A stretch of DNA of 64,000 nt, taken from the NCBI GenBank assembly GCA_051294375.1, contig CM119264.1, positions 4,373,320 through 4,437,319 on the forward strand, given 5' to 3'. Shown here piece after piece: positions 25,465 to 38,869 of the stretch. Source of the DNA: Paraspadella gotoi (Eukaryota; Animalia; Chaetognatha). Numbering within the stretch: the first letter of the stretch is position 1; the number at the start of each line of letters is the position of its first letter. Both the position numbers and the translations under genes were made by a program. A model generated the notes under the pieces. That model was given only the letters and a program-made list of their open reading frames with translations. It searched no databases and was not told the origin of the DNA.

Positions 25465-27360
25465 TTTTCTCTCGTCAGCCGATCACCCTGGTACACTATT
25501 AAATGAATTTGTCTTTTAGTATTGTTCCAAAATATTTTTTTTGGGATAGTACAGATAAGAAAGTCATTAATGGCTCTTTAAAATGTGAAAGCAATCAATA
25601 GGAAAGCAAGCAATCGGCAAGCAAGCAAGCAAGCCTAACACGATTTGAAATCTAGTTACCGAGAGTACCTACGATTCACATTCAAAGTTCAACGCACTAC
25701 TTAGCTAGAAACCTTACTTTCGCCCTTGCTCTTAATTTGTTCCTCACCTTAACTCTGAGAAGACCCGGCGTCGTAGACGAACAAAAGGACAACGAAATCG
25801 ACGAAGAAAAAATACGAATACATGGATGATGAGTTAGACGACCACGACGATGATGAAGAAGACGACGAAGATGATGACTATGATGAGTTGACGACGGCGG
25901 CAATCATAACGACAACAACGACAAAGAAGACGATGATTACGAAGACGAAGAAGCCTACGACGACATCAATGATGATTTAAAGGACGACGACAACGACGAC
26001 GACGACGACGACCATGGATTCATAATTTATGAGGATCCAAGAGTCGACGGATTTCGTCCGCAACAAAAATCTCTTCGTCTCAGAAAAAAAAAAGTGGCGT
26101 CGGTGATAAATGAAACTTCGTCGAGGAAAAATTTCAGAATAAACAAACGCCTGAGGCCAAACTCCACCTTTTTTATGTTTTATGTTCTTCTTCTTTTTTC
26201 ATTTTTTCTCTCTTTCTATTTGATATCCGTTCCTATTCCCTTTTTTTTATTTTTCATTTTTCATTCACCTTAAATTTATTTTCTACGCAGCGTCTGTTTT
26301 CTTGTTTCTTATTTCTCTCCCGGTTATAACTTTGGTGGGGGAAAGTTGAGAAAAGGTTTTAAGTTGAAAATCTCATCTCATTTAAGGTGAGTTTTTGGTT
26401 GGTATAGGTGACGATGGGACGGGTAAACTTCTACCGCCATTTTCCCCACCGGTGCTGGTTTGCCGAGTATTACGTCGACCAAAAAGAGGCCTCCCGGTGG
26501 AGTCGCAGGAAGTGGCAGACTCAGAAATAGACAACATAGCGGCATCGCGTTCGATGAAATTGACTTTTACAGCATCAAAGCTCGACGGCATCGACTTTTT
26601 CAGCATCGTGCTCAACATAATTGACTTTTGCAGCATCAAATCTGGACCGCTTCGACTTTTTCAGCATCGTGCTCAATAAAGTTGACTTTTGCAACATCAG
26701 GTCGTCGGCTTTTCATTTCCGCGAATTTTGCCGACGTAAATCGTCGATTTTCGTGCGTCGACGATTAAAAAGGTCGCGGGTTCGAATCCCGCAAATGTCA
26801 GCGGTTCCGGCAGAAAATAGAAAAACCGAAATAAAAAAAAATAACAAAAAAACCGAATATTCTGTTTCTCGTTTTCATCGAGTTTCGTGTCGCGTGTTTT
26901 ATCTTCTGTTTATATTTGTTTTAAAATACATTTTATTAAGAAAAGTAAAATCGTAAAAAAGGAATTGTGAGGAATAGAAACTAATGTTCATTACATTCTT
27001 ACCATTATCCTGATTAGATGAATTCGCTTCGATTCTCTTTCGCTTCTCACGTTCTCACTCCCTTCCACATTTCCTCAGGGGAGCAGAACAACAACAACAA
27101 CAAACAAAAGAAGTTCTGTTTCTCTCTGTTTTCGTCTACAGAGTCGTAGATACATACATATTAGTTTTTTATGGGTTGAAAATAGAAACCTTAAATAAAA
27201 ATAATTACAAAAATCGTTACAAAATATACATAGTTACTCGGGTGTTTCTATTCTTTGTACACCAAAGTTTTCGTTGAATAATATAAAAGGCGTCATACGT
27301 TTTCTTTTCGCGAAAAAAAATTATCAATTAACACTTAATCAAAAAAAAATTTGATATAAT
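25465..27360 (+). repeat. Third copy of ~6618-8490
   Basis: Begins right after a 25-N gap at the same breakpoint where the inverted arm starts, then continues into unique sequence. Confidence 0.95.
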
Positions 27361-30300
27361 ATTGTATTTATATATTATTTTCGTCTTGTCTCTTGAATAG
27401 AACGACCCTGTATCCGTTGATGACTCTCCATCCATCTCCATCCTTTCGTCACCATGAATCTCTCTTTGTCTTCCTCCGTTTCTCTTTCCTTTTTTCTTTC
27501 TTTGTTTTCTTCCTTCGATCCGACNNNNNNNNNNNNNNNNNNNNNNNNNNNNNNNNNNNNNNNNNNNNNNNNNNNNNNNNNNNNNNNNNNNNNNNNNNNN
27601 NNNNNNNNNNNNNNNNNNNNNNNNNNNNNNNNNNNNNNNNNNNNNNNNNNNNNNNNNNNNNNNNNNNNNNNNNNNNNNNNNNNNNNNNNNNNNNNNNNNN
27701 NNNNNNNNNNNNNNNNNNNNNNNNNNNNNNNNNNNNNNNNNNNNNNNNNNNNNNNNNNNNNNNNNNNNNNNNNNNNNNNNNNNNNNNNNNNNNNNNNNNN
27801 NNNNNNNNNNNNNNNNNNNNNNNNNNNNNNNNNNNNNNNNNNNNNNNNNNNNNNNNNNNNNNNNNNNNNNNNNNNNNNNNNNNNNNNNNNNNNNNNNNNN
27901 NNNNNNNNNNNNNNNNNNNNNNNNNNNNNNNNNNNNNNNNNNNNNNNNNNNNNNNNNNNNNNNNNNNNNNNNNNNNNNNNNNNNNNNNNNNNNNNNNNNN
28001 NNNNNNNNNNNNNNNNNNNNNNNNNNNNNNNNNNNNNNNNNNNNNNNNNNNNNNNNNNNNNNNNNNNNNNNNNNNNNNNNNNNNNNNNNNNNNNNNNNNN
28101 NNNNNNNNNNNNNNNNNNNNNNNNNNNNNNNNNNNNNNNNNNNNNNNATTTGGACAGGTGCGACGTGTAGATAAAACAAACGGGAACTTTTAATCAGAAA
28201 TGTGAGGACAGGGCAGCTGACAGTAGATGACAGGTGTCGAATTTAAGTATGTATAAGTATTAAGACAGATGTAATGGCAGGTGGCGAGATCCGCAATATA
28301 AAGTGACGCTTTGGGAAGGAAATAAAAGAACTTAGTTTGAGCTGTGGAGTATTAAAGGCAGAGAAATGGTGAAATTGGCCGAGCTTCTTAGGGGTGTCGC
28401 CCTGTCGCCGCCGACGAAAAACGGTCGAGGAAGGCAATCAAATTTTATGCGAGGCAATTGTAACGTTATTGTTATTGTATCTTTATTACCTGGAGAACCA
28501 TTAGCCTCGATGATTATTTTCGGGGGAAAAAGGGCCGAGGAGGTGGCGCGAAAATTCTCGATCTCATTCGCGGAATTTTTAGGCGTAATAATGATGATAT
28601 TTTTTCATTCCTTTCTCGTTGAAGAATTGTTTAAGAATATTAAATACGTAGAATTGTTCGACAATCCTCGAGCTGCGGAACTGTATATATATCTGAAAAA
28701 CTTTGATGTTTGATCATTTTGGGACACTTAAGTTTAAGTTGTGAAAATCAGAATAATTGAATTCGAGTTTTACCAATTCTTCTGCAGTTTTAAAAGTCGA
28801 AAGAATACGAAACAGTCAGGTCTCTGCTTTACTGTTTTTTATTGTTCCAAAAACAATGTTAAACAGGATTCGTTGATCACGTCTCAACTTCCGTTCGACA
28901 ATTAGTCGCCCTTCATTGCCGAATCTCGTTCCTTCTCTTCGCTTCACTTGACTTTTTGAAAACGAGGAAGAAAAGTAAAGAAAAGAGAAGATGAATAGAG
29001 AAGAAGAATAGAGAAGAATAGAGGAGAATAGTTGAGACGTTGAACCGCGAGAACCATAACAATTCAACNNNNNNNNNNNNNNNNNNNNNNNNNNNNNNNN
29101 NNNNNNNNNNNNNNNNNNNNNNNNNNNNNNNNNNNNNNNNNNNNNNNNNNNNNNNNNNNNNNNNNNNNNNNNNNNNNNNNNNNNNNNNNNNNNNNNNNNN
29201 NNNNNNNNNNNNNNNNNNNNNNNNNNNNNNNNNNNNNNNNNNNNNNNNNNNNNNNNNNNNNNNNNNNNNNNNNNNNNNNNNNNNNNNNNNNNNNNNNNNN
29301 NNNNNNNNNNNNNNNNNNNNNNNNNNNNNNNNNNNNNNNNNNNNNNNNNNNNNNNTTGAATTTTAATAAAGAGAAGAAAAAAAGGAGTAAAGTTTTAAAT
29401 TCTTATCGGACATTCTTAGGTAAAGAAAGGATATTTACACGGAATTATGTGTCACTTATTGAAAAGGAACTTAAAATATTTCAGCTTTTAAAACATTGGG
29501 TTCCATCATTCTTATTCTCTAAAGAATTCAACCGCTCTCGTGATTTCATTGCAATCATATCTGCTGACTGCTTCCTTTGCTTACCTACCAAACTGATATT
29601 TTATTCATTCCTGGTTTAACAATTTTTTGAGATTCCGCTTCTCATATTTTTTTTCTAATCCTTATCACTTCCCCTACCTGCTACAATAACTATTACCATT
29701 ACTAATACCATTACTTTTAGCCTTGCTTTCTGCCATCCTCATATATTTAAAATAAAAATCTAAAAAGTATTAAGTAAAGGNNNNNNNNNNNNNNNNNNNN
29801 NNNNNNNNNNNNNNNNNNNNNNNNNNNNNNNNNNNNNNNNNNNNNNNNNNNNNNNNNNNNNNNNNNNNNNNNNNNNNNNNNNNNNNNNNNNNNNNNNNNN
29901 NNNNNNNNNNNNNNNNNNNNNNNNNNNNNNNNNNNNNNNNNNNNNNNNNNNNNNNNNNNNNNNNNNNNNNNNNNNNNNNNNNNNNNNNNNNNNNNNNNNN
30001 NNNNNNNNNNNNNNNNNNNNNNNNNNNNNNNNNNNNNNNNNNAGACACAATAGATGGAGGGATATTCGCATATGTCAACCCCTGACTCTGAATAATTAAG
30101 TGTCTTCGCGTGACGCTGAAATCTTTGGCCGTCGAAGATTTTGGGTTCGAGAGCAAAAAACCAGAGGATGTCGATTCTCTTTTCCGGAGACACGGGATCG
30201 TCGTTGTCGTCGTCGTCGCCGTCGTTCGTCGTCGTCGTCGTCATCATCGTCGTCATCGTCGTCGTATGGCGTTGCTCGTTTCGATGTTTCGTCGTGTGTC

Positions 30301-31818
30301 TTCGGCGTCGAAGAGTCCGCACTCCGCAATACAGGGTTGTTCTCCTCGTTTGTTATCAAAATTGTTTTTCGTTATCTACTCAGTGAAATGTAGGGATATT
30401 TGATAAAAGCAAAAGCAGGAACTGCCAAACAATGTCCAACTCGGTTTTTTCAATATTTATTGATGACAAAAGACGACAACGACAGAAAATACATTGAAAA
30501 CTCGAATGACAATGACGAATGTTTTATCGTTAGCGTCAGAATCAATGACAACGAAATAAAACAACGGATTTAGGAAGAGATCAAAGACAACATCCCTGAC
30601 AAAGATAACACCACAAGACCGACAACGAAGGTCACTCCCTCAACAAAAGACATAACGTGTACTCCTTTTACAATTATAATTACAAAGACAACGTCCACAA
30701 TGACAACAGCAACTAGGCCCTCAATAACAACAACAACAACGAGGATCCCCGTCGGCCGATGAATCTCCTTCGATCTAATGAGTTCGAAAAGACGAGAGAG
30801 ATCATGATTTCGACCATTACTCGGGATCGTTAGCGCTTTGTGCCTCCAAATCTGAGGCCAAATCTGAGGCCAAATCCTAGGCCAATCTCTTTTTTTCTCT
30901 TTAATCCCTGCAGACATGCGCCTTCTTTTCTTTCCACTTTCCTTTTTTTTTTTCCTTTTTTTTTTCTCCCTTTTTCAAAAAAGGAAGAAAAAAAAAAGGA
31001 TTCTTTGAGGAGAAAATCGAATTCGATGGAATTCAGATCGAAAAGAAAAAAAGGGGAAAAAAAAGATGCGGATGGAATAATGGTTCCAATCGTCATCGTC
31101 TTCTTTTTCGTCGTCGTCGTCGTCGTCGTCGTTGTTTTCTTCCTCATCATTTTAGTCGTTGTCATCATCAACTTCTTCTTCGTCGTCGTCTTTGTCATAT
31201 TCTTCTTCCTCGTCGTCGTTTACATCGTCGTCGTCGTAGTTATCCCTATCGTCTTTCGCCTCATCCGTCTTGATCGTCTGTCATTTCGTCATCACTGAAA
31301 TCATGACATACATCTTGACATGAACACAATCTTGATCTGACACACGATTGACAACGTCATTATTACGATCGAGATAAGATCTTGTCCAATAACGATTCTA
31401 GATTGTAAGAGTTCTGAAATAATTTAAACTGCTACAATATGCAAATTGGTTAAGGAACTCAATTATAAGATTAATTTGAACTTAAACAAAAGCTACTCTG
31501 CAACAAGCAATGTTAAACTAAAAGAGTATTTGGTAATACTCAATAAGGTACTACCACAGTATGAATCCCATAAAGGAATCTTGTCTTCCTTCCGAAGCAG
31601 GTTTAACTGATAAAGAAAACATTGCAAAAAAGAGTATTAAGCTAAATTATTTTCTAACGATCTTCATCTTTCCTCACAAAATCATTATCTTCTTCTCCCA
31701 AATTTTTCTCTCCCTTAGACCATTTTTCTCGTGTATTATTTTTTTTTGGAAAGGGAGGGAACGAAAAGAGTTTTAAAAAATTGCTACTATGCGATAATGT
31801 TTCCCGCGCGCTCGCAAC

Positions 31819-31826
31819 CATCATCG

Positions 31827-31893
<67 letters not shown>
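31819..31893. repeat. (CAT)n microsatellite
   Basis: Direct reading. Confidence 0.95.
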
Positions 31894-31894
<1 letters not shown>

Positions 31895-32562
31895 TCAAGT
31901 TAATCAGACCCTGTAAAGATTTCGTCGTTATCGTCGTCGTCGTCGTCCTCGTCGTTATTAATAAACTTTGGCAATCGGGAAAAATAATTAATTTTTAAAT
32001 GATCTCAATTTCTGATTAAATATTTTTTTCTCGGAAGCATAAATGAGTTTGTTTTTTTTCGACCGAATTAATTAACTAATTAATTGATTACATATCCGGA
32101 CGAATCAATTTCGCGAACCGAAAATTTATCCGAATCGAAGGTTAACCGAAGGCTGTAAAGTCGTGTTACTTCAAAAACGGAGAAAAAGGTTAGGTGTTAG
32201 GGTTGAGGCACGGAGATGTACAGGAATTAATTTAGGTGATAATTTAGTTTTAAGATATAAACGGTTGTTTTTTTAAAGATGATCACATTAAAAATGTTCC
32301 ACAATATTATTTTAATAATATAAAATAAATTTCGGAAAATGCCGAACTATCCTCTTAAAAGAATACTACCCCCGTTATCGAACCCGGGAGCTTCCGGCCC
32401 GCACCGTCGATCCTACTCGCCCCTGATTCGGTCGAACCCTGGCGTCGCCGCACGTCCACGAGAGAGTCGCGGATAATAATGACAAGGAAAAACAAAGGAC
32501 TAATCAAAAACAACCTCGAGAAACGGAAAAGAAAACAAAGGATCAGAACGCCCTCTTTCTGA

Positions 32563-32715
<153 letters not shown>

Positions 32716-33033
32716 AAATAAATTTGGAATAAATTCTTTGCAATCGTAAGGGAGACACGAAAATCAACAACAGGTGGAGTTGGGGGGGCGTCTTATCAAA
32801 ACAAAAGGGACGACGGACGGAATTAGTTACAATCGTCGGTAGAGGAAAGGAAAGGAACAAACATCGAAGAAAAGGAGGAAAGGAAAGGAAAGAAAAGGAA
32901 AGGAAAGAGAGAAAGGTAATTTAAGAAGAAAGAATAACAGGAAGGAGGAAGGGAAATTAGGAAATGAGGACAAAGAGATTTCTAAAAATGAACAGGAAAG
33001 GTAATGGGATAGGGAATTATAAAGGAAGAATAA

Positions 33034-33116
<83 letters not shown>
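33034..33116. repeat. (GAAA)n microsatellite
   Basis: Direct reading. Confidence 0.95.
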
Positions 33117-33446
33117 CATTGAAAAAAGACGTGTAAAAAATGATAATAATAAACACTGAAATTTAAAAAAGAAACATAAAGAAAAATAATGAAAATGAGA
33201 GATAGAAATAGAATCGGTGACGTCAGCGACGGGAAAAAACAAGAAAACAACAAAAACAAAACAAGAATTCCAGGTGGAAAACAAAAGAGCAACGGATTTG
33301 GTTCGGAGGAAAGAAAAAGAAATAAAATGAATCGAAGTGAAATCGACGGCGAAAATATTCTTCCTCTCGATATCATCCAGAAATCATCACGACGAAACAA
33401 AAAAAACACAAAAGAAAACAAAGATAAAACAAAACAAAACAGGGGT

Positions 33447-33509
33447 CGACGAGGACGAGGACGAGGACGACGACGATGACGACGACGACGGCGACGGCGA
33501 CGACGATGA

Positions 33510-33548
<39 letters not shown>

Positions 33549-33551
33549 TGA

Positions 33552-33587
<36 letters not shown>
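33447..33587. repeat. Compound (GAC)/(GACGGC)/(GACGAG) repeat
   Basis: Direct reading. Confidence 0.9.
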
Positions 33588-33588
<1 letters not shown>

Positions 33589-34093
33589 CTCTCGGATCGA
33601 AAAAAGAAAAGTCAACATCGAAGGCTCTTTTCGCTGTTTGAATCGATGAATAAGACGACGACTATGACGACGACGACGACCACGACGACGAAGACGACGA
33701 CTGTGAAGTTTTCGTTAACGACGACGACGAAGATAAAATTGACCATTTTCTCTCATTAGATTAGTCAGACGGAAAATATTCATTTTTAAAACTTTAAATT
33801 AAATTGAATTAAGTCAAATTAAATTAAACTTTAAATATTAAGCTTTAACACTTTCAATTCGCTTAAACTTCATTTTTCGAAGGAAAATTTAAAAAAATTC
33901 AATTGTCCATCGAATGTTTTTCATTCATTTCGTTTCCTTTCGTTTTTCTCGATTCTGGTTCGTTCACTCGACGTAACAACGAGAAGACATCGGCGCCGAT
34001 ACCGATATTGGCTCTGGCGAAAAAAAAAACAAAAACGAAACGAAGCGACTAAATCTCAGGTGCCGTTCTTTATTTCGTTGTTGGGAAAAGAGA

Positions 34094-34150
34094 GATTGGG
34101 GAAAGGGGATTGGGGATTGGGGATTGGGGAAAGGGATTGGGGAAAGGGAT
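34094..34150 (+). repeat. (GGGGATT/GGGGAAA)n G-tract repeat, potential G-quadruplex
   Basis: About eight G3-4 tracts separated by 3-nt loops. Confidence 0.75.
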
Positions 34151-37100
34151 GTGGATAAAGAAAAATTTTTGGGCGAAAAGGTTTTCAAGAAAAAACTTTT
34201 TTTTTCTCCTTCGGATATTGACTCGTTTTTTTCTCTTCGTTTGGTTTAGCGCGTGAAGGAAACCTTTTCGTTTCTTGCACTTTTTTACCCTTTTTTTTGT
34301 TTAGGTGAGTGGTTCTTTTGTTTTTTGTTTTTTTCCTTTTTTTTTTTTTTTTGCTTCTTTTCCTCGACATTTGCTCTTTTTTTTTCTTTGGGGGCTAAAA
34401 AAAAAAAAAACATAAAAAAATTAGAAAAGGAAAAAAATTAGGACGTAAAAGAAAAGTAACAGAAAGGAAAGGGTAAATTGAGAAGAGAAAAAAGAAAAGT
34501 GACTGAGGGGGAGAAAAATAAAACCCATGGGAAACGTCATGCGTCTCAGGGGTTTATTGAAGTCCACGCCCTCTCAAAAAGAGGGAGACAGAGAGAGACC
34601 GAGAAGAGGGGGGGGGGGGCATGACCCGTGTCCGGTCCGGCGAGCTGGAACGCTCGCGAAGCTCGGCAGAGATAGTATGGCTGCGCTGTGGTTATTATTC
34701 GAGATCGTCTTTATCATTATTTGGAGTCCGTAGTCAGTGATGCGAGGAAGACGCTACCAAACCGTAAATATTAACGACGGGACAAACGTAGAGGCGAATG
34801 ATGAGTAAGAAAGAAGCGGGACCATATTGTATTTAAAACAGTAAATACTGGAGACGGGAAAATTTGTTTGTCTTTGGATGAAAAATTAATTAATTTTAAT
34901 AAAGCTGATCCCACACCGCACAATTTTTAATCAACACTCCGCCAATTGATTTTTATTTTGCCCAGACCCATCCGACAGATCTTTAACGGTTTATGTATTT
35001 GACTATGTTTGCGGTTGTTACCTTAAATAATACTCGTTTCGTTCCGGTCCGTAGGCGCTGTCTCTCTCAGAGTGGCCGCGCATCCTCGGATCTGTGAGGT
35101 CCGTGATAAGCTGAAATTTTTTTATCTGTCCTTTGATACATTGACGAATAAAGCCGGATCGTCTATCGTTTGTATTTCCTTTTGCTTTTTTTAAGTTAAC
35201 CCTGTTATCTGACTCTTTGGCAAAGTATCCGTTTATCATCTTCGCACTCCGCGGAATTTCGATTTTTAACGGTTACTAGTGTATTCGACTGTTTTTAAAA
35301 CTTATCCAAAAAAGTTCCCGCCTTTTCATCGGTTGTTTCTTTGTTTAACGTGCTTTAAATTTTAGCATTTGGTAATTGTATCAACGCACTCCCACCGATG
35401 TTGTAGTCTTGTTGCCTTTTGTCCTGCCATCTTGTGTTTTGTTGCTGCCTTGATTGGTTAACCGGTCCGGCATCTCATATGTCTTGTCAAGTCGTATTTT
35501 CTTTTTAATTCATCTTGGGAAACTAAATCGTTTCTTTCTGCGTATTTTTAAGTAAAGTTCTCTTGATGTTTTTTTTCCGCATATATACTTTTTACAGAGG
35601 AAAAGTCCGTTTTTTTTCTGGTCACCTGTGACTTTTAACAGTCCTTATCTCATGAGACAGTTTGCTATAAGCTGAGAGAAGCTCACTATAAAAGTTCCTA
35701 GAATGAAGGAATGCAAACGATCGGCCCAATGAAGAGAGAAGGAGACATAAAACAGAGCAATCAAAAGACTGAGGTCGAACCCTTTGTTCTGTCGTGTGGT
35801 GTAGTGTGATTTAAAAGATGATTTAATAACTGTCTCACAGTACGCCCAATTTTTAATACTAAAGCCTCGACGATATGTTTATTTGTCAATACTGAAGTAA
35901 TTTATACGTTTCTCTACTCTTGTCTTTCTCTTCTTTGTTGCAAACAATATGTATCATTATTTTCCGGTAGTTTTTTAGAAAACTTTTTATTCTTTTTTAC
36001 CATCTTGGATAAAAATAGCCTGTTTTTTCTTTGTTTTTTACAAAATGTGTGGGTGTTATCCTGCTTTGGACAACTTATGCGTCTTTGCCGCCTGTATTTA
36101 AACGTCTTTTTATCACTTTTTTTACGTTTTAGAGAAAAGTCGTTGTGACATCAGTGTTTTTTTTATTATTTTTTAGCATTGGAAAAAAAGGCTAACACGC
36201 CTTTGCCCCGTTTTAGTTTTTATTAAGTTTTATGTGCTTTTTACCATTGAAAAAAAATCGCTTTTCTGTTTATTTTCTACAAGTGTTATTGAGTCTTTTA
36301 ACGACGAAAAGGTGCGTTTTGCTCATTGGTGATTAACGTTTTTATCTTTGGTAGGTTGAGAGCAAGGCTACATTAAAATTTAAAGAGAAAAGGAAGAGGA
36401 GAAACGGGAGACACTTAACAGAATTAAAGACGGAGAAAAATTTGTCTGTTTTCGATAAAAAAAGATTATTTACATAAAACTGTCCTCACCCAATTTTAAC
36501 AACCCTCGATGTGATTATGTTGCAGTATTTAACGGCTTCTTTATTTTCTTGTTTCTTTGAAATATCGTTTTCCGGGATGCTTTTTTTTTAAAAAATTTTC
36601 TATTCTGCTTTTTTTTTACATTGGAAAAGCGGTTTTGTTCGCTTTGTTTTTTAAATGTTTGTTATCTCTGTTGGAAATGTCCGCCTCGTGGGGGTTTGTT
36701 TTAACGGTTTTGTACTTACTTTTTTACTGTTAGAAAGCAGTCGTTTATCGTCGTTTGTTTTTTGTAACCTTTCTTTCTTACATTGGAAAAAACGTTTGCT
36801 GCGTTTCTGTTTTTAACAACTGTTTCTCGTATTTCCTTTTTACTTTGCGGGGAAAAGATCGGGTTTTGCCTGTCTATTTTTTTAAGTTTTACGTTACTCT
36901 TTTTACAGAGCAAAAGTCCGGGTTTTCTGGTGCTATTTAAATAGCGTTTCTTGATCTGATTGGAAGTGAGGAGAAACAGCTAGCATAAAGATGTAAAGGA
37001 GAATAAGAGACGGGGGTGAGGAGAAANNNNNNNNNNNNNNNNNNNNNNNNNTTTCTGCGGCGACGGCGGATAATTTATTTCCTGCTCTCCAACATAACAT

Positions 37101-37179
37101 AGTTTATGGTCGCTGATTTCGTGCCAAGAGGACATCAAAAAAGCCTCGGCGAAAGGCAAAGGCGAAAAAGAGGAGGCGA

Positions 37180-37497
37180 AACCCGAGCGGCGGGCGCCAC
37201 CCCTTGGAAAGACGGCGCCACACCATGGAGAGAGGGGGCACTGCATGAAAATAGGGGGGCACCCCTGAGGAACACTCTTCGGAAATAAGGGGGCACTCCA
37301 TGGATATAAATAGCACCGTTGTTGAAAAAACAGCAGCCACAAAGAGAAGGAAACTCCCAGTTGAAAGAGGAAACTCTATGGAAAATGGGGGGAATTCCAT
37401 AGAAAGAGGGCGTACTCATGTGGAAAGAAGCCCCCTTGAAAGTTCCTGCGGGGCACCACAGCACCACACCACAGCACCACAGCACCCAAACGGACCT
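37180..37497. repeat. Degenerate 21-bp tandem repeat ending in (cacagcac) repeats
   Basis: Units such as ggcgccaccccttggaaagac, ggcgccacaccatggagagag, ggggcactgcatgaaaatagg, aggaaactctatggaaaatgg. Confidence 0.6.
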
Positions 37498-37734
37498 TAA
37501 TGAGTAATGCTTGCGCTGACAGCGGCACAAACAATAGTTGGTTTTTTTTTTTACTGATATATATTTTTAAATACTCGTGGGAGAAACTCATGAGACCCAT
37601 ATTTGTAAATAAATATTTTTCTTTTCTTTTCAATTACCAATGATCATTTTGCTTTTAGTCAGATTTTTCGTTTCCGTTGATCTCCCTACACATAAAAAAG
37701 TTGTAACTTTCCCTCCGCTTCATTCTAAACACAC

Positions 37735-37809
37735 TTGGCCGAAATGCCCGCTATTTTCCCGACGTCCGATGGCACAGTCACTTGTCCAAGCACCACTCCG
37801 TGGAACGGC
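37735..37809 (-). CDS. Candidate 75-nt internal exon, product unknown
   Basis: Minus strand ttctttttcag acceptor and aa|gtgtgt donor, length divisible by 3, two open frames, GC above flanks. Confidence 0.3.
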
Positions 37810-38834
37810 CTGAAAAAGAATGACTCTTTGCCATGTAAAATGACGCGCTCTGGAATATTTTCTCTCTGGTAAACAGTTTTTTACGGCGCAAACATAGGAT
37901 GAGAAGAGAGGTTAAAAGAAAAAGATGTTCCGGAAAAGGTTCGCCGACACGACGGACGATGCATTCGATCAGTGAGTCAAGTCTGGTTACACGAGATCAG
38001 GGACGCGTCACTTATGACCAAATATAATGGATATTAACTAAAGAAATAGACCGTCAAAACTTTTTAAAGTTTATTGGTCCATCGATGGAATAAAAATGGC
38101 GTCTATGACGTCACAAAGACCCGATCCGATTTTAAAATGGAGATTTTGAGGGAGAGAGAGACCTCTGGTGGAAATTTGAAAAAGTCCGTCGCGTGTTGCT
38201 CGGCTGTTGGGACCAGAAACAAAAGGCTTCCTAACCGAAACAAAAGGGAAATGCGAGGAGAAAGTAGGAATGAGAGAGAGAGNNNNNNNNNNNNNNNNNN
38301 NNNNNNNNNNNNNNNNNNNNNNNNNNNNNNNNNNNNNNNNNNNNNNNNNNNNNNNNNNNNNNNNNNNNNNNNNNNNNNNNNNNNNNNNNNNNNNNNNNNN
38401 NNNNNNNNNNNNNNNNNNNNNNNNNNNNNNNNNNNNNNNNNNNNNNNNNNNNNNNNNNNNNNNNNNNNNNNNNNNNNNNNNNNNNNNNNNNNNNNNNNNN
38501 NNNNNNNNNNNNNNNTTGACATCGAGCGTCTGCACTATTGCAACATGTGTGAAACAACAAAAATAACTTCGATAACGGGTAATGTACAATCTTACTTAAA
38601 TTGTTATTTTTAATTGTCGGGACTCCTTTGTTAAAAATATGACTTTTATCTTGTCAGACACCAGGCGTCGGCGTGGATTTGAATTCCTAAAGATATACCT
38701 TTATCTACATAATTTTTGCATATACTTTTTTCAAATCCTCCCCCAAAAAGTGTACGTACTATGTATGTACTAAATTTCGATTTTAAATTACCAATAAAAC
38801 CACATTTTTGACTAAATGACTGAAATAAACTTTG

Positions 38835-38869
<35 letters not shown>

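Noticed and set aside
30570-30765. Thr-rich mucin-like open frame on + strand
   Set aside because: Best explained as decayed ACA/GAC microsatellite; no independent gene evidence.
30846-30886. 12-bp repeat (ccaaatctgagg) x3
   Set aside because: Too short and isolated to assign any function.
33337-33759. Asp/Gly-rich 140-aa ORF resembling a Ca-binding repeat protein
   Set aside because: Driven by a GAC/GGC compound microsatellite; similar tracts occur on both strands throughout the window.
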